Assembly: GCA_018698135.1 (NCBI GenBank)
Contig: JABINZ010000028.1
Coordinates: 3,698 to 67,697 of the forward strand
DNA length: 64,000 nt
Origin: Bacteroidota bacterium
GTDB lineage: Bacteria; Bacteroidota; Bacteroidia; CAILMK01; JAAYUY01
Direction of reading: 5' to 3'
Shown here: positions 18,366-27,631 of the stretch, piece after piece
Layout: each line of letters opens with the position of its first letter
Position numbering within the stretch: the stretch's first letter is position 1
Made by a program: the position numbers and the translations under genes
Notes under the pieces: model-generated
What the model was told of the DNA's origin: nothing
What the model saw: only the letters and a program-made list of their open reading frames with translations
The model's database searches: none

Positions 18366-19427
18366 TTAAGCTTTAATTGTTTCGCCAAACTTGGCAGGTT
18401 TAAAACCACGGTTAATTAATGGTACAAAAGCATTCATAATGAGAATAGCAAATGAAACTCCTTCTGGATAAGCACCAAATACTCGAATAATGATTGTTAA
18501 AACCCCACATCCAATACCAAAAACTAACTGACCTTTTGTGGACATAGGAGAACTGACCATATCGGTAGCCATAAAGAAAACACCTAACATCATCCCTCCT
18601 GCTAATAAATGATAAACAGGATTTAAATAAAGGCTAGGATCAACCAGCCATAAAATGCCAGATAAAATAATTGCAGAGCCTAAATAGGCAACAGGAATAT
18701 GCCAGCTTATAATTTTACGGAATAACATGAAGACTGCTCCTATCAGGAGTGCAATAACGGATATTTCACCTAACGAACCTCCCATATGCCCAAATAGTAA
18801 TTGGGTATAATCTGTAATCTGATGAGAAACTAATTCACCTGCTTCATTGTATTGAGGGATTCCTTTTGCAATGATCTCTCCGACAGAAGTTAAGCCTTCT
18901 TTGATTGCACCCATTTGTTCTTTGATGTTACCAAGAAAGGTAGCTCCAGAAACTGCATCGGTAGCCATACCACCAAATAATGGTTTAGCAACTGGCCAAG
19001 AAGTCATATGTACAGGGAAAGATATCAGAAGAAATACACGTCCGACTAAAGCTGGATTAAATGGATTTTTTCCCAATCCTCCAAATGACATTTTACCCAT
19101 GCCTATGGCCACAATTGCTCCTATAACAATTATCCACCAAGGCAAATTAGATGGTACATTAAAGGCAAGTAAAATACCTGTAATAATTGCAGAACCATCT
19201 CCAATTGTTGAAGGCCCTTTAATTAAGTATTTCTGAATCAGGTATTCACATACAATACTGGCTGCAACTGCGATTAATGTTACACGAAGAGCTTCTAATC
19301 CAAAGAAATATACTGAAACCAGCATGGCTGGTATCATGGCAATCACCACACCCCACATAATCCTCGGTACACTTTGGTTACCATGTACATGAGGAGAGGG
19401 AGAAACTGTTAATATTTTATTGCTCAT
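18366..19427 (-). CDS. rnfD: Rnf complex subunit D
   Basis: 353 aa polytopic protein. SPSPHVH N-terminus and the SGAT flavinylation motif (DAVSGATFLG), typical of RnfD/NqrB. Confidence 0.9.
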   Translation of the reverse strand: MSNKILTVSPSPHVHGNQSVPRIMWGVVIAMIPAMLVSVYFFGLEALRVTLIAVAASIVCEYLIQKYLIKGPSTIGDGSAIITGILLAFNVPSNLPWWIIVIGAIVAIGMGKMSFGGLGKNPFNPALVGRVFLLISFPVHMTSWPVAKPLFGGMATDAVSGATFLGNIKEQMGAIKEGLTSVGEIIAKGIPQYNEAGELVSHQITDYTQLLFGHMGGSLGEISVIALLIGAVFMLFRKIISWHIPVAYLGSAIILSGILWLVDPSLYLNPVYHLLAGGMMLGVFFMATDMVSSPMSTKGQLVFGIGCGVLTIIIRVFGAYPEGVSFAILIMNAFVPLINRGFKPAKFGETIKA

Positions 19428-20764
19428 TAGTTTTGTCTTGATCTCATTATTTTACCAACCTTTGATTTTCCTAAACGGATATAATCGAGTAATGGCCTGT
19501 ATGAAGGGCAAATAAACATGCATGAACCACATTCAATACAATCCATAATTCTATTTTTTTCGGCAGCGTCAAAATTCTCCATTTTGGCTACTTGAGAAAG
19601 ATAAAATGGCTCTAAGCCCATGGGGCAAACAGTCGTACATTTCCCGCAACGAATACAATTAACGGCTTGACTGCGTTTTGCCTCAGTATTATTTATTATT
19701 AGAATTCCAGATGTACCTTTAACAACAGCTGCATCAACAGAGTTAAGTGCTTTTCCCATCATTGGACCACCACTGATAACTTTACCCGTGTCTTCGGGCA
19801 AACCACCAACTTTTTCGATTAGATCTGAAATTGGCGTACCAATACGAACCATGAAGTTTGCCGTTTCAGTTAAAGATTTTCCTGTTACAGTAACAATACG
19901 CTCTATTAATGGTTTATTTTTTTGAATAGCTTCATAAACGGCAAAAGCAGTTCCTACATTATTTACAACAGCACCTACTTCAATTGGCAATTTCCCACTT
20001 GGAACTTCTCTGTTGATACAGGCTTTGATCAATTGCTTCTCACCACCTTGGGGATATTGAACTTTGAGTGGTTGAACTGAAACACCTGGGTAATTGGCAG
20101 TCAAATTATTTAAATGATCGATGGCATCTGCTTTATTATTTTCAATACCAATTATTGCTCTATCTACCCCCAAACCTTTCATCAAAATCTGGATTCCAAT
20201 TAGTAATTGCTCGCCTTTCTCGAGCATTAAACGATGATCAGCCGTTAAATAAGGTTCGCACTCAACTCCATTTATGATAAGAACCTCAGCCACTTTACCT
20301 TTTGGAACCATTAGTTTCACGTGGGATGGAAATGTTGCGCCTCCTAATCCTACAATACCAGCTGCTTTAATTTTTTCAATAATGTCAGCCTGTTGCAAAC
20401 TACTGATATCCCTAATAATTTCTTCCGATGTATCAATGCCATCCATCCATTCATCGCCATCTACATCAATGACAACAGAACTTTTACGATAACCACTGCT
20501 ATCCAAAACATCATCTATTTTCAGAACTTTACCAGAAACAGATGAATGGACATTGGCAGAAATAAAGGCTTCTCCTTTGGCTATTAACTGACCCACTTTT
20601 ACCATATCTCCTTTTTTAACAATAGGAGTTGAAGGAGCTCCAAGTACCTGACTAACAGGAATTGAAACTCTGGCAGGTATAGCTAAAATTTCGATTGACT
20701 TAGCAGCTGAAATTTTATTTTCTGGTGGATGAACACCTCCAAGTTTAAATGTTTTTAAAACCAT
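19427..20764 (-). CDS. rnfC: Rnf complex subunit C
   Basis: 445 aa. GGVHPPENK N-terminus, GLGGATFP nucleotide/FMN region, C-terminal CIRCGKCTTVCP and CIECGSCMFICP. Confidence 0.9.
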   Translation of the reverse strand: MVLKTFKLGGVHPPENKISAAKSIEILAIPARVSIPVSQVLGAPSTPIVKKGDMVKVGQLIAKGEAFISANVHSSVSGKVLKIDDVLDSSGYRKSSVVIDVDGDEWMDGIDTSEEIIRDISSLQQADIIEKIKAAGIVGLGGATFPSHVKLMVPKGKVAEVLIINGVECEPYLTADHRLMLEKGEQLLIGIQILMKGLGVDRAIIGIENNKADAIDHLNNLTANYPGVSVQPLKVQYPQGGEKQLIKACINREVPSGKLPIEVGAVVNNVGTAFAVYEAIQKNKPLIERIVTVTGKSLTETANFMVRIGTPISDLIEKVGGLPEDTGKVISGGPMMGKALNSVDAAVVKGTSGILIINNTEAKRSQAVNCIRCGKCTTVCPMGLEPFYLSQVAKMENFDAAEKNRIMDCIECGSCMFICPSYRPLLDYIRLGKSKVGKIMRSRQN

Positions 20765-20786
20765 ATTTTTCTTTTACTTAATCGAA

Positions 20787-21776
20787 TTATGATTCAGTAT
20801 TTTCCTTATTATCGTTAGTTTCCTTCAAATCTGGTGATTCTTTAACGGCAATATCATTTTCTGTTTTTTCTATCTTTTGCGGAGCAACTTTTTCTGTAGT
20901 AACATCTGCTGATTTAGTTGCTGCATCAGTTTTTACTTCAACAACAGGTCTTTCTTTTTTAGGTGGAAAATTAACTTCCCAAATAGCATTAGTAGGACAT
21001 TCAGGTGCACATTTCCGACAAAGCTTGCAGGCTATCGGATCAATATAGGCTAAATTATTCTCAATGGTTATTGCATCGAACTTACATACTTTCTGGCATT
21101 TGCCACATCCAATACAAGCAACTGAACAATTCTTTTTGGCTGGTCCACCTTTTTCCTTATTTACACAGGATACAAAAATTCGTCTTTCCTTTTTGTTGCG
21201 CTTTCTTAATTCTAAAATATCTCTTGGGCAAGCTTTCACACAAGCTCCACATGCAATACAATTTTCTTTCACAACTGGAAGACCTGTTTCCTTATCCATA
21301 TACATGGCATCAAAATCACAAGCCTCTACACAATCACCACAACCCAGACAGCCAAAGGCACAACCACCTTCTCCAGAAAACAAGGCGTTCGCCACAAAAC
21401 AAGATTGAACACCATCATATTGTGCTTTTTGAGGAGAATTCTCGCAAGAGCCATTGCAACGCAACACAGCTATTTCAGGATCTTTGAGTTCGGCCTCTAA
21501 TCCTAACACTTTGCCAACATCTGTCATGAGATCAGCTCCACCAACCGGACAGTTAAAGCCTTCCATGTTGCCAGCCTTAACTATTTCCTCAGCAAAATTT
21601 CGACAACCGGCAAAACCACACCCCCCACAATTTGCAGCAGGAAGCACTTCTTCAACTTCGTCTATCCGGGGATCTTCAATTACTTTAAATTTTTGAGCAA
21701 CAAAAAAGAGGATAATAGCTGCAATTACTCCTATTGCGCCTAAAGAGACAACAGCATAAAGGATAATATCGTTCAC
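20787..21776 (-). CDS. rnfB: Rnf complex subunit B (polyferredoxin) with low-complexity acidic/Lys-rich C-terminal tail
   Basis: N-terminal [11 protein letters not shown] motif and several CxxCxxCxxxCP clusters. The last 60 or so aa ([19 protein letters not shown]...NKENTES) are low complexity. Confidence 0.9.
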   Translation of the reverse strand: MNDIILYAVVSLGAIGVIAAIILFFVAQKFKVIEDPRIDEVEEVLPAANCGGCGFAGCRNFAEEIVKAGNMEGFNCPVGGADLMTDVGKVLGLEAELKDPEIAVLRCNGSCENSPQKAQYDGVQSCFVANALFSGEGGCAFGCLGCGDCVEACDFDAMYMDKETGLPVVKENCIACGACVKACPRDILELRKRNKKERRIFVSCVNKEKGGPAKKNCSVACIGCGKCQKVCKFDAITIENNLAYIDPIACKLCRKCAPECPTNAIWEVNFPPKKERPVVEVKTDAATKSADVTTEKVAPQKIEKTENDIAVKESPDLKETNDNKENTES

Positions 21777-21830
21777 TTCTTTATCTTTAAATTATCGTTA
21801 AATAACTGATTATTTACATTACTTCGGGCG

Positions 21831-21838
21831 CAAATATA
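21831..21838 (-). promoter_or_regulatory. Bacteroidota-type -7 promoter box (TAnnTTTG) upstream of rnfB
   Basis: Minus strand reads TATATTTG, 54 nt before the ATG at 21776. Confidence 0.3.
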
Positions 21839-21930
21839 TAAACAATAGCTATCATCAAAAATTAATATAATTGATTATATTAAGTCTTAATAATAAGTAA
21901 CTTGAAGATTAATGAAGAGAACGTAAAATA

Positions 21931-22362
21931 CTATAAATAAGAGGTTTTATTTATTCGATATCGGAATACTTTTTTCAAATGATCTTTAAAAAAGTAAATG
22001 ACCATATAATAAAGAGCTGTAAAAGCCAAAGCGACTCCTGCTGCAATGCCTTCTTCTTGAAAAACAGACATGCCGCCAATCAGAGTTAAAAGAATTATGA
22101 TGAAAGGAAACAAATAACCTAAAAATAGTGCTTTGTATCCCATCGCACTTTCCATACCTACAAGTACTTTTTCTCCAATTTTAAACTCATTTGGAGGATT
22201 TTTTACTTCAATAACTTTCTCCTCCATGTCGGATAAATTACAAGCACCTTTGACATGACAACCTGCACAGCCTGATTTAACAATAATCTGGACATCTACT
22301 TGTGAAGTAGTAGTTTTAATTACAATTCCTTCGTGTTCAATATAATTCTTATGCTCTGACAT
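21931..22362 (-). CDS. rseC: RseC/MucC (SoxR-reducing system) family membrane protein
   Basis: 143 aa. Soluble N-terminal part with GCAGCHVKGAC, then two TM helices. Lies just upstream of rnfB, the usual position for this family. Confidence 0.6.
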   Translation of the reverse strand: MSEHKNYIEHEGIVIKTTTSQVDVQIIVKSGCAGCHVKGACNLSDMEEKVIEVKNPPNEFKIGEKVLVGMESAMGYKALFLGYLFPFIIILLTLIGGMSVFQEEGIAAGVALAFTALYYMVIYFFKDHLKKVFRYRINKTSYL

Positions 22363-22450
22363 TTCTATACTTATTCGAAGAGTTATTCTTTTAAAGCTTC
22401 AAAGATGAGAAATTTTGAATGGAATAACATTTGAAAAGCAATAATAAAAA

Positions 22451-22525
22451 CGCCATTGCGAAAGAAGGAATATTGAAAGAATCTGCACCTTAAAAGGAGA
22501 TTGCTTCGCTTCGCTCGCAATGACG
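22451..22525. repeat. Imperfect long palindrome (REP-like element, probable terminator of the Mn-type SOD gene)
   Basis: CGCCATTGCGA...AATCT..CCTTAAAAGG..AGATT...TCGCAATGACG. The outer arms CATTGCGA / TCGCAATG are perfect and the inner segments pair partially. Confidence 0.4.
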
Positions 22526-22551
22526 TTAAATAAATAATCTATTCGTTTAAA

Positions 22552-23163
22552 CTATTTTACCAACTTCTGATATCTTTCAGAAACGGCTTTCCAGTTCACA
22601 ACATTCCAGAAAGATGAAATATAATCTGGTCTGCGGTTCTGGTAATTTAAATAATAAGCATGTTCCCAAACATCCAATCCTAAAATTGGTGTTCCTTTGC
22701 AATCAGCGGTGTCCATTAATGGATTATCTTGATTTGCTGAAGAGCATACACATAATTTCTTATTGTTATCGACTGACAACCAAGCCCAACCTGAGCCAAA
22801 ACGTGTGGCAGCAGCTTTATTGAACTTTTCTTTAAAAGTGTCAAATGATCCAAATTCTGAAATAATTGCATCATTTAATAATCCGGTAGGTTGTCCGCCT
22901 CCTTTGGGCGACAATATTTTCCAGAATAATGTATGATTGAAATGTCCACCACCATTGTTGCGAACTGCTACCGGATATTTTGAAATATTTTTAATAATGT
23001 CTTCAATGTCTTTATTTATGTCATCAGTTCCTTCCAATGCTGCATTCAAATTGTTAACATAAGCAGCATGATGTTTCCCATGATGTATTTCCATGGTACG
23101 CGCATCAATATGTGGTTCTAATGCATCAAAAGCATAATCGAGTTTTGGTAATTCAAAAGCCAT
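22552..23163 (-). CDS. sodA: Superoxide dismutase, Mn-type (possibly cambialistic)
   Basis: 203 aa. [24 protein letters not shown] and DVWEHAYY. Gly at the FeSOD Gln69 position and Gln in the NQD motif are the Mn-type pattern. Confidence 0.85.
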   Translation of the reverse strand: MAFELPKLDYAFDALEPHIDARTMEIHHGKHHAAYVNNLNAALEGTDDINKDIEDIIKNISKYPVAVRNNGGGHFNHTLFWKILSPKGGGQPTGLLNDAIISEFGSFDTFKEKFNKAAATRFGSGWAWLSVDNNKKLCVCSSANQDNPLMDTADCKGTPILGLDVWEHAYYLNYQNRRPDYISSFWNVVNWKAVSERYQKLVK

Positions 23164-23309
23164 TTTATTATTTGTTTAATTTGATAAATTTTTAATTTAG
23201 AATCATTCTTGTTAATGCAAAGGGTGTACCAGAAAGAAAGTGTGAAGTGAAGAATTAAAAGTGTGGAGTATCAAATCTTGCAAGAGACGAGAATAAGATG
23301 ACCACTTCT

Positions 23310-23332
23310 GGTTTAAGTTTGCAACTTAAACC
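23310..23332. repeat. Perfect 10-bp-stem hairpin, first of a covarying pair
   Basis: GGTTTAAGTT-tgc-AACTTAAACC. Confidence 0.5.
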
Positions 23333-23393
23333 GTTTTATCTCAAAAACTCAAGGAAATAATTCTCAGAGGAATGCCTTGGTTGGAGTTAGAAT

Positions 23394-23416
23394 GGTCGAA
23401 GTTGCAAACTTCGACC
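23394..23416. repeat. Perfect 10-bp-stem hairpin, second of a covarying pair
   Basis: GGTCGAAGTT-gca-AACTTCGACC. Same architecture as 23310..23332, with both stem sides changed together (TT/AA to CG/CG). Confidence 0.5.
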
Positions 23417-23547
23417 AGTGCAGGGCTTTTGTTTTCTTATTGTGCTGTTCGCCCTTGCTGGTGTTCTCAACTGCAAGACTTTCATTCAATAATTTTTTTG
23501 GTGATAACACCAAAAAGGGCGCAAGGTAGTAAGTGCTAAAATATTTC

Positions 23548-23579
23548 GACCTGTTAGGTTTTGTTCAACCTAACAGGTC
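23548..23579 (-). terminator. Terminator hairpin of the Fe-type SOD gene
   Basis: GACCTGTTAGGTT / AACCTAACAGGTC perfect 13-bp stem with a 6-nt loop, 11 nt after the stop. Followed on the minus strand by GAAATATTTT. Confidence 0.6.
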
Positions 23580-23590
23580 TTGAATTTTAA

Positions 23591-24166
23591 TTATAGTCTG
23601 CTGTTTACCTTATCCCAATCAACTAATTTCCAGAATTCTGAAATGTAATCTGGTCTGCGGTTTTGATAATCTAAATAATAGGCATGCTCCCACACATCAC
23701 AGGTCAATAAAGGTTTTAAACCTTTTGTCATAGGATTTTCAGCATTAGCCGTTTTTGTAATTTCAAGTTTACCTTCCATAGTTAAAACTAACCAAGCCCA
23801 GCCCGATCCAAATTGAGTAGCACCTGCTGTAGCAAATTGAGTTTTAAATTCATCGAAGGAACTAAAAGCTTCATTAATCATCTCAGCAATTTTTCCTGTT
23901 GGTTCTCCACCAGCATTTGGGGCAAATCCTTCCCAATAAAATGTATGATTCCAAACTTGTGCAGCATTGTTAAATATGCCTCCATCTGACTTTAAAATTA
24001 TACTTTCCAAAGTCATGTTTTCAAATTCAGTCCCTGCAATCAGTTTATTCAGATTAGTGACATATGCCTGATGATGTTTACCATAATGAAAATCAATTGT
24101 ATTTTCACTGATAACAGGCGCTAATTCATTTTTCCCATAAGGAAGTTTTGGTAATTCAAACGACAT
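23591..24166 (-). CDS. sodB: Superoxide dismutase, Fe-type
   Basis: 191 aa. [14 protein letters not shown] is identical in pattern to E. coli FeSOD (Gln69 type). Also DVWEHAYY. Confidence 0.9.
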   Translation of the reverse strand: MSFELPKLPYGKNELAPVISENTIDFHYGKHHQAYVTNLNKLIAGTEFENMTLESIILKSDGGIFNNAAQVWNHTFYWEGFAPNAGGEPTGKIAEMINEAFSSFDEFKTQFATAGATQFGSGWAWLVLTMEGKLEITKTANAENPMTKGLKPLLTCDVWEHAYYLDYQNRRPDYISEFWKLVDWDKVNSRL

Positions 24167-24266
24167 CGATTTATTTTTAATTGTGTAACTAAAATAGTGT
24201 TATGGCAATTTAATCATTTTCCAAAATAAACAAACAAGCTATATATTAATAATGCCCGAAATAAAA

Positions 24267-25547
24267 CTAAAATGTGTTTAGCTTAATCATTTGCACAATT
24301 GCTTTGGAACAAACAGGGCAAAATTGATCACGAATAACTGATCGCATAGAGCAATTATACTGCGCACGGTAAACACCTTTTTCCAAATAGGCAGCTCCTT
24401 CATATGCTCCAATTACGTTTTTTCCAAACAAATTTGCAACAGTTGGAATAGGTGTTTGTGAATCAACCATATCCTTCCATTTTGAACTAAAATCTTGTAA
24501 TGTTGTAACGTTAGCATGCCAAGGTTCTACCTCCAGCGACATCTTTTCTGCATAAGGATGATTACCAACATATTCATCAGCAAGTCCGGCAAATGAATGT
24601 CCAAACTCATGACTTAAAACAAAGTCTGACATTTTATTATCTGAAGTAAAGCTTGCATAGTGATTGTAGATTCCACCTCCACCATATTCATCGGAGTTAA
24701 CGAGAATAACTATCTGATCGTAGGGAACAACAGAAGCTGCTTCAACAACTTTCCAATAGCTATTTGTCATTAAATATCGCTCGCTACCAAAAGTATTAAA
24801 CCCGCAATCAAAGTGTGTATCTTCAATATGAAAATATTGAGGAAAATCAGTCCCCGTATTATTTGACCATGTTTCTAAAGCCACAACATTAAAATCATTT
24901 TTATACTTTTTATAAGGTTTAGTCTTTAAAAGCTTTTTTGCATGAAATTTAACATCTTTCAAGAATTTAGATCGCTGCTCTTTTGTATATCCTTCTGCAA
25001 GAAAAACGATATCTATTTTTTTATGTGAGTCACCATTTTTAATAATATACTTATATGGTATAATAAGCTCATCTTGTTTTATTCGTCCATCCTCAGGTAT
25101 TACATTATACTCTTTTAAAGTAGTAAAAGAATTATCAGGATTTCGAACTTGAATAACAACATTCACAGGAAATTTGGGAAAAGGAAACAAAACAGATTCC
25201 TCGAATAACTGGACTGTATCTTTCGCTATTGCTGTCATCTGCCACTCTTCAAACAAGGTAGAGAATCCTTTTTGGAAAATTAAACTTGCAGTTTTCAAAT
25301 CATAAATCCGTATCCGATAATTACCATAATTCAAAGGATCGATAAGGATGGTTTTTGAACCACCCCATTGTTTAATTTTACGTACTTGAACTATTTCAAC
25401 AAACTGGCTATCATGGCTACCACCTAAATAGAAATTTATTCGACAAGCCTCATCGGAAAAGAAACTACTGTAGACAGGCAAATTATCACCATAAAGTTGC
25501 GTCATGAAAAGGAAGAATAATACAGCTAAAAATTTAAGTCGAATCAT
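24267..25547 (-). CDS. Secreted M64-family (IgA-peptidase-like) zinc metallopeptidase
   Basis: Signal peptide. HEFGHSFAGLADEY zinc motif preceded by GGGGIYN, as in peptidase M64. Confidence 0.7.
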   Translation of the reverse strand: MIRLKFLAVLFFLFMTQLYGDNLPVYSSFFSDEACRINFYLGGSHDSQFVEIVQVRKIKQWGGSKTILIDPLNYGNYRIRIYDLKTASLIFQKGFSTLFEEWQMTAIAKDTVQLFEESVLFPFPKFPVNVVIQVRNPDNSFTTLKEYNVIPEDGRIKQDELIIPYKYIIKNGDSHKKIDIVFLAEGYTKEQRSKFLKDVKFHAKKLLKTKPYKKYKNDFNVVALETWSNNTGTDFPQYFHIEDTHFDCGFNTFGSERYLMTNSYWKVVEAASVVPYDQIVILVNSDEYGGGGIYNHYASFTSDNKMSDFVLSHEFGHSFAGLADEYVGNHPYAEKMSLEVEPWHANVTTLQDFSSKWKDMVDSQTPIPTVANLFGKNVIGAYEGAAYLEKGVYRAQYNCSMRSVIRDQFCPVCSKAIVQMIKLNTF

Positions 25548-25566
25548 GAATTATACAGATATTTTT

Positions 25567-25574
25567 TCAAAATT
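25567..25574 (-). promoter_or_regulatory. Bacteroidota-type -7 promoter box (TAnnTTTG) for the M64 peptidase gene
   Basis: Minus strand reads TAATTTTG, 19 nt before the ATG at 25547. Confidence 0.4.
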
Positions 25575-25679
25575 AAATCAACTTTAGGCAATTTCAAGAC
25601 AATCTTATAAACACTTTTTAACTACTAAATAAGATTATTAAATAAGTATTATTTTGTTGTTATTTAAATAACAGAGATG

Positions 25680-25687
25680 TATATTTG
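25680..25687 (+). promoter_or_regulatory. Candidate -7 promoter box (TAnnTTTG) for the nikR operon, implying a long leader
   Basis: TATATTTG, 128 nt before the ATG at 25816. The leader contains the 8-bp inverted repeat TACCATTA (25711-25718) / TAATGGTA (25790-25797). Confidence 0.25.
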
Positions 25688-25815
25688 TGTTACGATTAAA
25701 ATATTATTGCTACCATTAATCTGGCATTCGTGAAAATTTTCTAATAAAAATTCATAAAACCATGAGGTCAGAGGCTTTGAAAAGCTAACTAATGGTAACA
25801 AACAACTAATAATAA

Positions 25816-26220
25816 ATGACGATGAAAGTAAAAAGATTTGGTGTTTCGCTTGAAGAAGATTTGTTAAACAAGTTGGATCAATATGTCATCGAGAATCATT
25901 TTCCCAATAGGTCTCAAGCAATCAGGTTACTGATTCAAAAAACAGAGGTTGAAAAAAAATGGAAAGACAATGACATTGTTGCTGGTGCTATCGTTCTTGT
26001 TTACGATCATCATAAAAGAGATTTGCAAACGCAATCCACTTCCCTTCAACACGATTTTCATGATCTGATTTTATCGGTTCAGCATGTTCATTTAAATCAT
26101 GATAACTGTTTGGAGACCATTGCGGTTAAAGGAGCAGCAGGAAAACTCACGGAACTGGCTGACAAACTGATTGCTATTAAGGGAATCAGACATGGAGAAT
26201 TAGTAATGACTTCAGCCTAA
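25816..26220 (+). CDS. nikR: Nickel-responsive regulator NikR (ribbon-helix-helix + ACT-like metal domain)
   Basis: RFGVSLEEDLLNKLDQYV...NRSQAIRLLI RHH motif. C-terminal domain has His residues (YDHHKRD...QHVHLNHDNC). A start at 25822 is also possible. Confidence 0.75.
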   Translation: MTMKVKRFGVSLEEDLLNKLDQYVIENHFPNRSQAIRLLIQKTEVEKKWKDNDIVAGAIVLVYDHHKRDLQTQSTSLQHDFHDLILSVQHVHLNHDNCLETIAVKGAAGKLTELADKLIAIKGIRHGELVMTSA

Positions 26221-26228
26221 AATTCTAA

Positions 26229-26924
26229 ATGATGAGCCCAAGAAAAAAAATAGAAAAACAAATTGAAAAGGACAATCTGCCGAAGTTATTGAAGCAGGCT
26301 GCAAAACTTCATGGACATTACTGTCCGGGTTTAGCAATAGGCGTGATGGCAGGACAATTTGCAATGAAGCAGCTAATAGGCAAATCTGATGGCTTAGAAG
26401 ATCTCATGGCCATTACTGAAACAAACAATTGTTTTTCAGACGGCATTCAGTTTGTGACTGGATGCACATTTGGAAATAATGCGCTGGTATTTAAAGATTT
26501 AGGGAAAACAGCTTTTACTTTAGCAAAAAGAGATGGGAAAGGCATTCGCATTTCAACTCTGGTAAATTCAAAAGAATACATAAAAAAAGTTACTCAAGAA
26601 TTTTCAGGTGAGTATAAAAGTGTCGTTAAAGAGCAAAGCAGAAATCCTGAGGACGTAAAAAAATTCAAAAAGTATGGAAAAAAAGCTGCGTTTGCAGTTT
26701 TAGATTTAGAATTTGATAAAATCTTCAAAGTCGAAGAAGTCAAAGTGGAAGTCCCATCATATGCACCATCACATGAAAGTATAGTTTGTGATGGGTGTGG
26801 AGAATCCATAATGGCCAGTCGAATAATTAAAATAGAAAACAGGAATTATTGCTTAATATGTAATTCAAGCATGTACATGCAATTGAATGGAAATGGAATT
26901 ATCAACATAACAGAAAAAAAATGA
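26229..26924 (+). CDS. FmdE-family protein with C-terminal zinc ribbon
   Basis: LHGHYCPGLAIGV and NNCFSDGIQFVTGCTFGN are typical of the FmdE/FwdE domain. C-terminal CDGCGE...CLIC. Confidence 0.7.
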   Translation: MMSPRKKIEKQIEKDNLPKLLKQAAKLHGHYCPGLAIGVMAGQFAMKQLIGKSDGLEDLMAITETNNCFSDGIQFVTGCTFGNNALVFKDLGKTAFTLAKRDGKGIRISTLVNSKEYIKKVTQEFSGEYKSVVKEQSRNPEDVKKFKKYGKKAAFAVLDLEFDKIFKVEEVKVEVPSYAPSHESIVCDGCGESIMASRIIKIENRNYCLICNSSMYMQLNGNGIINITEKK

Positions 26925-27619
26925 CTAACGAGATATTAATTTTAGCAGGAAGTGCTGCTGCCTTAGGATTTGTACACACTATTTTAGGTCCAGATCATTA
27001 TCTACCTTTTATTGTAATGGCCAAGGCTCGTCAATGGAAAATGTATAAAACAATAATTATCACAGCTTTATGTGGAGTTGGACATGTAGGGAGCTCCATT
27101 ATTGTTGGATCACTGGGAATTGGCTTAGGAATCGGAATTAATAAATTAACAGGTTTCGAATCGGTTAGGGGGAGTCTGGCAGCATGGGCCTTTATTGTTT
27201 TTGGCTTTGCCTACATGGTCTGGGGTATATACAGAGCCATTAAAAACAAACCGCACAAGCATGTTCATATACATGATGGCGAGCTTCATACCCATGAACA
27301 TACGCATGAAGAAGAGCATGATCATGTTCACAAAAAAAACATTACACCTTGGATATTATTCCTGATTTTTGTTTTAGGACCTTGCGAACCCCTTATTCCT
27401 ATGCTTATGTTTCCAGCTGCTGAATCCAATACTTGGGGTGTGGTTTTTGTTGCAGCAGTTTTTGCTGTTGTTACAATTTCGACCATGTTAGTTGTGGTAG
27501 TTTTACTCACAAAAGGAGTTAAATTTCTCAATATTGGTAAAGTAGAGCGATATACCCATGCCATTGCCGGAGGAATTATATTTCTATCAGGTTTTGCCAT
27601 TCAGTTTTTAGGACTATAA
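26921..27619 (+). CDS. NicO/RcnA/UreH-like Ni/Co transporter-type membrane protein with His-rich loop
   Basis: About 6 TM helices. HTILGPDH near TM1 (compare RcnA HGLEPGH). Central loop HKHVHIHDGELHTHEHTHEEEHDHVHKK. 4-nt overlap with the FmdE-like gene. Transport direction unknown. Confidence 0.55.
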   Translation: MTNEILILAGSAAALGFVHTILGPDHYLPFIVMAKARQWKMYKTIIITALCGVGHVGSSIIVGSLGIGLGIGINKLTGFESVRGSLAAWAFIVFGFAYMVWGIYRAIKNKPHKHVHIHDGELHTHEHTHEEEHDHVHKKNITPWILFLIFVLGPCEPLIPMLMFPAAESNTWGVVFVAAVFAVVTISTMLVVVVLLTKGVKFLNIGKVERYTHAIAGGIIFLSGFAIQFLGL

Positions 27620-27631
27620 TTAAACCAGCGT

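Noticed and set aside
21005-21696. Three plus-strand ORFs (114-160 aa and 80 aa) antisense to rnfB.
   Set aside because: rnfB on the minus strand has unambiguous polyferredoxin motifs. The antisense ORFs are artefacts of its Cys/Gly/Ala-rich codon usage.
23164-23547. The SOD spacer as a tRNA, another classical RNA gene, or a pseudogene.
   Set aside because: I could find no cloverleaf or T-loop (GGTTCGAATCC-like) sequence, no motifs of SRP/6S/RNase P that I can recognise, and no extended reading frame. It is kept only as an unexplained structured region.
25711-25797. 8-bp inverted repeat TACCATTA/TAATGGTA in the nikR leader as a NikR operator.
   Set aside because: The arms are 71 nt apart, far from known NikR half-site spacings. 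It may simply be an RNA stem or chance. It is mentioned in the promoter feature only.
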